The notes under the pieces: model-generated | Seen by the model: only the letters and a program-made list of their open reading frames with translations | Databases searched by the model: none | Told to the model about the DNA's origin: nothing | In this document: positions 59,217-64,000 of the stretch, one piece after another | How the letters are laid out: each line of letters opens with the position of its first letter | Numbering within the stretch: the stretch's first letter is position 1 | Assembly (NCBI GenBank): GCA_041659005.1 | Contig: JBAZZD010000003.1 | Span: 2,650-66,649, forward strand | Direction: 5' to 3' | Source: Minisyncoccota bacterium | Lineage (GTDB): Bacteria; Patescibacteriota; Minisyncoccia; UBA6257; GWB1-50-10 | DNA length: 64,000 nt | Translations under genes and position numbers: made by a program

Positions 59217-60569
59217 ATGGCTAAATTAACCTTCTGTGGTGCTGCAGGGACGGTTACCGGATCTAATTATCTTCTTGAGTCAGGAGACACAAAAATTCTT
59301 ATTGATTGTGGATTGTTTCAAGGATCGCATTTTTGTGAAGAGATGAATTACGATCCATTTTTGTTTAATCCAGAGGAAATTACTGCGGTATTCGTTACTC
59401 ATGCCCACATCGATCATATTGGACGCATACCAAAACTTTACAAAGAGGGATTCAGACAAAAAATTATTTCTACAGAACCGACAAGAGATATGGCAGAGGC
59501 ACTACTCCTTGATACCGAACACATACTTTTTATGGAAGCAGGAAAACATGCACCATTGTATGAGGTGGACGATGTAGAGAGAGTAATGCGTTTATGGGAA
59601 GGTGTTCCCTATCACAAACATATAAACATCGGGCCATTCCGTATCGAGTTTTATGATGCGGGCCATATTTTGGGATCATCCTCTATTCTTGTGGAGGTTG
59701 AGGGAAAGAAAATTGTGTTTTCTGGAGACTTGGGAAATGTTCCCGCGCCGTTTATTAATCCAACCGAGTTTATTGAGAATGCCGATTTTGTACTTATTGA
59801 ATCCACTTACGGAAATAGAGCCCACGAAAATATTGATAAAAGAAAAGAGGAGTTGGAGGAGACAATAAAAGAAACAGCAAAGAGGAGAGGTGTTGTAATG
59901 ATTCCTGCGTTTGCCCTTGAGCGAACACAAGAAATGATTTACGAATTAAATGAACTTGTAGAAAACAAAAAAATACACCGAATTCCCGTTTTTGTTGATA
60001 GTCCACTCGCAATCAGACTCACTGATGTGTATAGGAAGTATTCTGCAAATAAAATGTATTTTAATAAGGAGGCGCTTGGACTTATTAGAAAAGGGGATGC
60101 AATATTTAACTTTCCCGGTCTTTCACTTTCTTTGACCACCGAAGAATCAAAAGCAATTAATGATATTCCACCGCCAAAAGTAATTATTGCGGGGTCTGGT
60201 ATGTCACAAGGAGGACGAATTATTCATCATGAGAAACGGTATCTTTCTGACCCAAGAAGCTCAATCATTTTCGTTGGATATCAAACTAAAGAATCATTAG
60301 GACGAAAGATCCTTGATGGGGAGACAATGGTGCGAATTGCAAAAGAAGATGTGCCTGTTAGGGCAAAAATACGAGCGATTAGTGGATATTCAGCTCATGC
60401 CGATCAACCACAATTGTTGCACTGGGTCTCATATTTTAAAGAGCGCCCCAAAAAAGTTTTTGTTACACATGGGGAGCCAGAAAGTGCAGAGGTGCTTGCG
60501 ATAAAGATAAAAAGTGAATTTGGAATAGATGCCCAAGTTCCCCAACAAAAAGAAGTCGTGATATTATAA
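59217..60569 (+). CDS. MBL-fold beta-CASP RNA-processing nuclease
   Basis: VTGS, IDCGLFQG, THAHIDHIG, AGHILGS, ESTYG, SAHAD, THGE. Confidence 0.93.
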   Translation: MAKLTFCGAAGTVTGSNYLLESGDTKILIDCGLFQGSHFCEEMNYDPFLFNPEEITAVFVTHAHIDHIGRIPKLYKEGFRQKIISTEPTRDMAEALLLDTEHILFMEAGKHAPLYEVDDVERVMRLWEGVPYHKHINIGPFRIEFYDAGHILGSSSILVEVEGKKIVFSGDLGNVPAPFINPTEFIENADFVLIESTYGNRAHENIDKRKEELEETIKETAKRRGVVMIPAFALERTQEMIYELNELVENKKIHRIPVFVDSPLAIRLTDVYRKYSANKMYFNKEALGLIRKGDAIFNFPGLSLSLTTEESKAINDIPPPKVIIAGSGMSQGGRIIHHEKRYLSDPRSSIIFVGYQTKESLGRKILDGETMVRIAKEDVPVRAKIRAISGYSAHADQPQLLHWVSYFKERPKKVFVTHGEPESAEVLAIKIKSEFGIDAQVPQQKEVVIL

Positions 60570-60574
60570 ATACA

Positions 60575-61237
60575 ATGCCAAATATAAAGAAAAAAGTTAT
60601 TCCGGTTCGTATGAAAAAAGTTTCGGCAAAAAAGAAAGATCCTCTTGATCATCTCACTCATACCTTGCGATACAAATTTTGTGTTTCTGGTGCCGCAGAG
60701 ACGGGACACTGTGCAAAAGATGCTCAAAAAAAAGCTGAAGAAATTGGAAAAGAAATTGCAAAACGTGGTCTTGTTCTCGTAACGGGAGCGACAACAGGAA
60801 TGCCATACTGGTCTGCAAAAGGAGCAAAAGCAGAAGGAGGGATTGTTATTGGGCTTTCTCCTGCAGCCTCAAAGCTTGCGCATATAAAGTCATATCACCT
60901 TCCAACCGATCATCACGATTTAATTATCTATACCGGATTTGATTATTCAGGAAGAAATTTATTACTTACTCGGTCAGCGGATGCGATTATTACTATTTGT
61001 GGGAGAGTTGGTACACTCAATGAATTTACTATTGGTTTTGAAGATCACAAACCAATGGGTGTTCTTGAGGGCTCCGGTGGTACAGCGGATTACATTCGTG
61101 AATTATTAGAGAAATCACATCGGGGATTTGGTAATGTTGTTTTTTCAAGTGATCCAGCGGAATTAGTTGAAAAACTTCTTGCAATGATTCACGAGGAAGA
61201 AGAAAAGAATGGGATTCGTGGATGGCTGTCGGCTTAA
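60575..61237 (+). CDS. LOG-family Rossmann-fold nucleotide-binding protein
   Basis: LVTGATTGMP...KGA...GG.VIG.SP, RN, GRVGTLNE. Confidence 0.85.
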   Translation: MPNIKKKVIPVRMKKVSAKKKDPLDHLTHTLRYKFCVSGAAETGHCAKDAQKKAEEIGKEIAKRGLVLVTGATTGMPYWSAKGAKAEGGIVIGLSPAASKLAHIKSYHLPTDHHDLIIYTGFDYSGRNLLLTRSADAIITICGRVGTLNEFTIGFEDHKPMGVLEGSGGTADYIRELLEKSHRGFGNVVFSSDPAELVEKLLAMIHEEEEKNGIRGWLSA

Positions 61238-61240
61238 TGA

Positions 61241-62329
61241 ATGAGCATAGTTAAGAAAATAGGACTAATAGGAACACTTGCGGGCACCATGATCGGCGCG
61301 GGCATTTTTTCGTTGCCGTATATGTTTAGCGCAGTTGGCGCAACAAAAGGAATTTTATTTCTCCTCTTTTTTTCGGTTGTATATACAATAGTTCATTCAA
61401 TGTATGCGATGCTGGTTATCAAAAACCCAGGAATGGAATTTGGTTCAATTGCAAAAAAATATCTTGGCGCGTTTGGCGCGGTAGTTCAGTGGTTAATAGT
61501 TGGAGAGTTACTGTTGGTATGTTTGGCATATCTTATTCTTGCGCCTGAATTCTTTCTTATTCTTTTCGGAGGAAATTATCAGCTGTATATTCTTTGTTTT
61601 TGGATTTTTGGTGTTTTCGGGATGTTATTATCAATGAAGTGGATTGAAATATCAGAAACAGCAGGGCTTGTTGGGATTTTTGGACTTATTGGTATAGTTG
61701 GATGGTTTGGATTTATACTGGGAAATTCTGTTTCTTGGAATAAAGAAATAACAGCCTTGCCTCAATTACTTCTTCCATTTGGGCCACTATTGTTTGCATT
61801 TTCTGGAAGACCAAGCATTGCTCGTATAGTGCGTTCTTTGGAAAAGACAGAAAAGAAATATGTGTATTCAATAATTATTTGGGGGACGAGTATTCCAGCT
61901 TTCCTATATGGAGTATATACGCTTGGCATGCTTCGTATGGGTGGCGGGAGCGGAGTTCTTGATGCGATTTCAAGTTTTCCATGGATTATTCCTTCGGTTC
62001 TTGCGGTACTAGGAATTATTGTTTTATGGACTTCTTATTTTATTGTCGGAATTAATGTAAGAGATATTCTTGTATATGACGCGCATATTAAAAAAATAGC
62101 AGCGTTCCTGATTGCTTCATGTGTTCCACTTATTTTGAGTTTTTTTGGAATAAAGGATTTTATAAAAGTGATAGGTTTTATTGGCGGTGTGTTTTTAGCG
62201 CTTGAAGGAATATTTATTGTTGCGATGTGGTGGAAACAGGCAGACAAAAATATCTTTTTTTATTTTTCATTTCTTATTTTTATCATTTTTTGTATTGCGC
62301 TAGCGCAAGAGGTTATACTATTTATATAA
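61241..62329 (+). CDS. Aromatic amino acid permease (APC/HAAAP family)
   Basis: GTMIGAGIFSLPY, PFG..LFAFSG; about 11 TMs. Confidence 0.85.
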   Translation: MSIVKKIGLIGTLAGTMIGAGIFSLPYMFSAVGATKGILFLLFFSVVYTIVHSMYAMLVIKNPGMEFGSIAKKYLGAFGAVVQWLIVGELLLVCLAYLILAPEFFLILFGGNYQLYILCFWIFGVFGMLLSMKWIEISETAGLVGIFGLIGIVGWFGFILGNSVSWNKEITALPQLLLPFGPLLFAFSGRPSIARIVRSLEKTEKKYVYSIIIWGTSIPAFLYGVYTLGMLRMGGGSGVLDAISSFPWIIPSVLAVLGIIVLWTSYFIVGINVRDILVYDAHIKKIAAFLIASCVPLILSFFGIKDFIKVIGFIGGVFLALEGIFIVAMWWKQADKNIFFYFSFLIFIIFCIALAQEVILFI

Positions 62330-63649
62330 ATGAACAAAGAAAAAACAGCACAATGGATGGCAATTCTCTCTCTTTTTTTAATTCCTTTCAATATAAAGAA
62401 ATTCATTACTTTATTGATTGGTAACGGCGAGTATTTTCCTCTTGAATTATCTAGCGCATTTTTGTATCTTTCAGAAATTTTCTCAATTTTTTTTATTCTT
62501 TTTGTGATAATTACGAAAAGAAAGGAATTTTTATTACTCTGTCGGTTGCTTTGGCCATTATTTTTATTGCTCGGGATTTCAATTATTTCAATCGCAATAA
62601 GCGACTCACTTCTGCTATCAATTGTTTCATGCGTGCACTTATTTTTTATAACACTCTTTACTGTTGCGGTCGCGACAGTAATCCACTCACAAATACTTTC
62701 AGTTCGTGACGCAATGAAAGTATTTGCCATTTCTGCGCTTTTACAGGCAGAAATTGCGATTTTGCAATTTGTTAATCAGGGATCAATCGGACTACATTTT
62801 TTTGGAGAAGAAACAATTAATGCGCTTACTCAAGGCGTTGCAAAGATTGAGGTGTTTGGATCAATTTTTATTCGTTCGTATGGAACATTTCCACACCCAA
62901 ACATACTTGGTGGATTTCTTGTCTTGGGAGTCATTGCGTGGATTTATCTTTTTTCTTCTCCATCAAAACGACATGGAGTGTTCCACCGGTCCACTTCTCT
63001 TATTGGGTTGTTTGTTGTTTTGCTTGGTCTTGTATTTTCATTCTCTCGGTCAGCTTGGATTGCAGCAATTGTTTCCTTCATTTTATGCATCATTATTCTT
63101 TTTAGTAAAAAAGAATATTCATCTGTTGCTCGAGAACTTGTTTTGAGCGGTATGATTTTTGGTGCCATATTACTTGGAATGGTTGGATGGGCCCTTGTTT
63201 CGAGGGGAACTATAAAAAATGATTCTGCAATAAATGAACGAAAGGTATACACATATATTGCAGTTGATATGATGGGCGAGTATCCGTTTGGTGTTGGAAT
63301 AGGAAATGGGATAGTCCGTGCGGAACAAGAGGGAAGATATGACGCATATGGCCTCGCGAGCAAAGCAACGCATCAACCAGTTCATAATATTTATTTACTT
63401 ATAGCCGAAGAGTTGGGAATTGTAGGAGTTATTGTTTTTCTTTTTTTCGTTGGGAATTTGTTTGTTATAAAAAAACAAAAAACACATCTTATTGATGTCT
63501 CATTTTTACTTGTTATGTTTGTCTCGTTTCTTTTTATTGGATTATTTGATCACTATCTACTTACGCTTAATGCGGGCCGATTGATGTTTTTTTCAATTTT
63601 AGGGATAATAGCCGGACTTTCTCTAAAGACAGAAAAAGAGCCCTTGTAG
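62330..63649 (+). CDS. O-antigen ligase / O-oligosaccharyltransferase-like membrane protein
   Basis: RSYGTFPHPNILG, SFSRSAW, PFGVGIG, QPVHNIYL..EELG, GLFDHY. Confidence 0.88.
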   Translation: MNKEKTAQWMAILSLFLIPFNIKKFITLLIGNGEYFPLELSSAFLYLSEIFSIFFILFVIITKRKEFLLLCRLLWPLFLLLGISIISIAISDSLLLSIVSCVHLFFITLFTVAVATVIHSQILSVRDAMKVFAISALLQAEIAILQFVNQGSIGLHFFGEETINALTQGVAKIEVFGSIFIRSYGTFPHPNILGGFLVLGVIAWIYLFSSPSKRHGVFHRSTSLIGLFVVLLGLVFSFSRSAWIAAIVSFILCIIILFSKKEYSSVARELVLSGMIFGAILLGMVGWALVSRGTIKNDSAINERKVYTYIAVDMMGEYPFGVGIGNGIVRAEQEGRYDAYGLASKATHQPVHNIYLLIAEELGIVGVIVFLFFVGNLFVIKKQKTHLIDVSFLLVMFVSFLFIGLFDHYLLTLNAGRLMFFSILGIIAGLSLKTEKEPL

Positions 63650-63711
63650 TTGAATGGATACAATACCTCCCTCCGAAGGAGGTGGTGCAGGTTCGATTCC
63701 TGCCAAGGGCA
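63640..63711 (+). tRNA. tRNA-Arg (CCG)
   Basis: Acceptor GCCCTTG/CAAGGGC; anticodon arm CCTCC-CTCCGAA-GGAGG; T-loop GGTTCGATTCC. Confidence 0.95.
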
Positions 63712-63935
63712 CAAAAGAAGCGAACCGTAGGCGCACGATAATAAGGAGTGGAACACGACTATATTATCGTAGCGTTTCGACTGAAAGGAGAAGCGATTTC
63801 CTGCCAAGGGCACAAAAGAAGCGAACCGTAGGCGCACGATAATAAGGAGTGGAACACGACTATATTATCGTAGCGTTTCGACTGAAAGGAGAAGCGATTT
63901 CCTGCCAAGCCTGCCTGCCGGTAGGCAGGGGCACA
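63697..63935 (+). repeat. 101-bp tandem repeat made of the tRNA 3' end plus a structured trailer
   Basis: The unit starts TTCCTGCCAAG at 63697, 63798 and 63899; the first two units are identical. Confidence 0.93.
63910..63929. repeat. 20-bp REP-like palindrome inserted in the third tRNA-end copy
   Basis: CCAAG[CCTGCCTGCCGGTAGGCAGG]GGCACA versus the uninterrupted CCAAGGGCACA. Confidence 0.85.
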
Positions 63936-64000
63936 CAACGCAGAACTCAACCGAGTGATTTAATTTACAATTTATAAATTTTCCGTCCTAGGCGCCTGCC

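Noticed and set aside
63697-63935. CRISPR array
   Set aside because: The units are identical along their whole length, so there are no unique spacers. The repeat is a tRNA end and no cas genes are present.
63553-63950. Short ORFs over tRNA-Arg and its repeats
   Set aside because: By-products of the tRNA and tandem repeat sequence.

Overview
AT-rich chromosomal segment of a reduced-genome bacterium. Gene content and synteny look like Patescibacteria/CPR (Parcubacteria-like); this assignment is an inference. The window spans the replication origin region (jag-yidC-rnpA-rpmH <> dnaA-oriC-dnaN) and many housekeeping genes (ftsH, rpsA, gyrA, xer recombinase, rpsO, pnp, comM, rsmA, PBP1A, ruvA/B/C, polA, tsaE, pilB, holA, rpsT, Mur ligase). 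It also has three tRNAs (Val-TAC, Leu-TAG, Arg-CCG), a probable 6S-like ncRNA, three VirB2/TrbC-like pilins next to a protein O-mannosyltransferase, and a long T4SS-like locus (VirB6-, PrgI- and VirB4-like genes). Most notable: (1) six dispersed elements bounded by CCCGTTAGA...TCTAACGGG inverted ends, one carrying a GIY-YIG nuclease and four ending exactly at an ATG, including that of the tyrosine recombinase; (2) structured tRNA 3' trailers that regenerate the tRNA 3' end and share a tandem-GA hairpin motif; (3) two pilin-fused proteins with a 393-bp identical N-terminal block but different peptidoglycan-hydrolase C-termini; (4) a perfect 65-bp-arm palindrome inserted at the holA stop. All calls come from reading the sequence; no searches were run.
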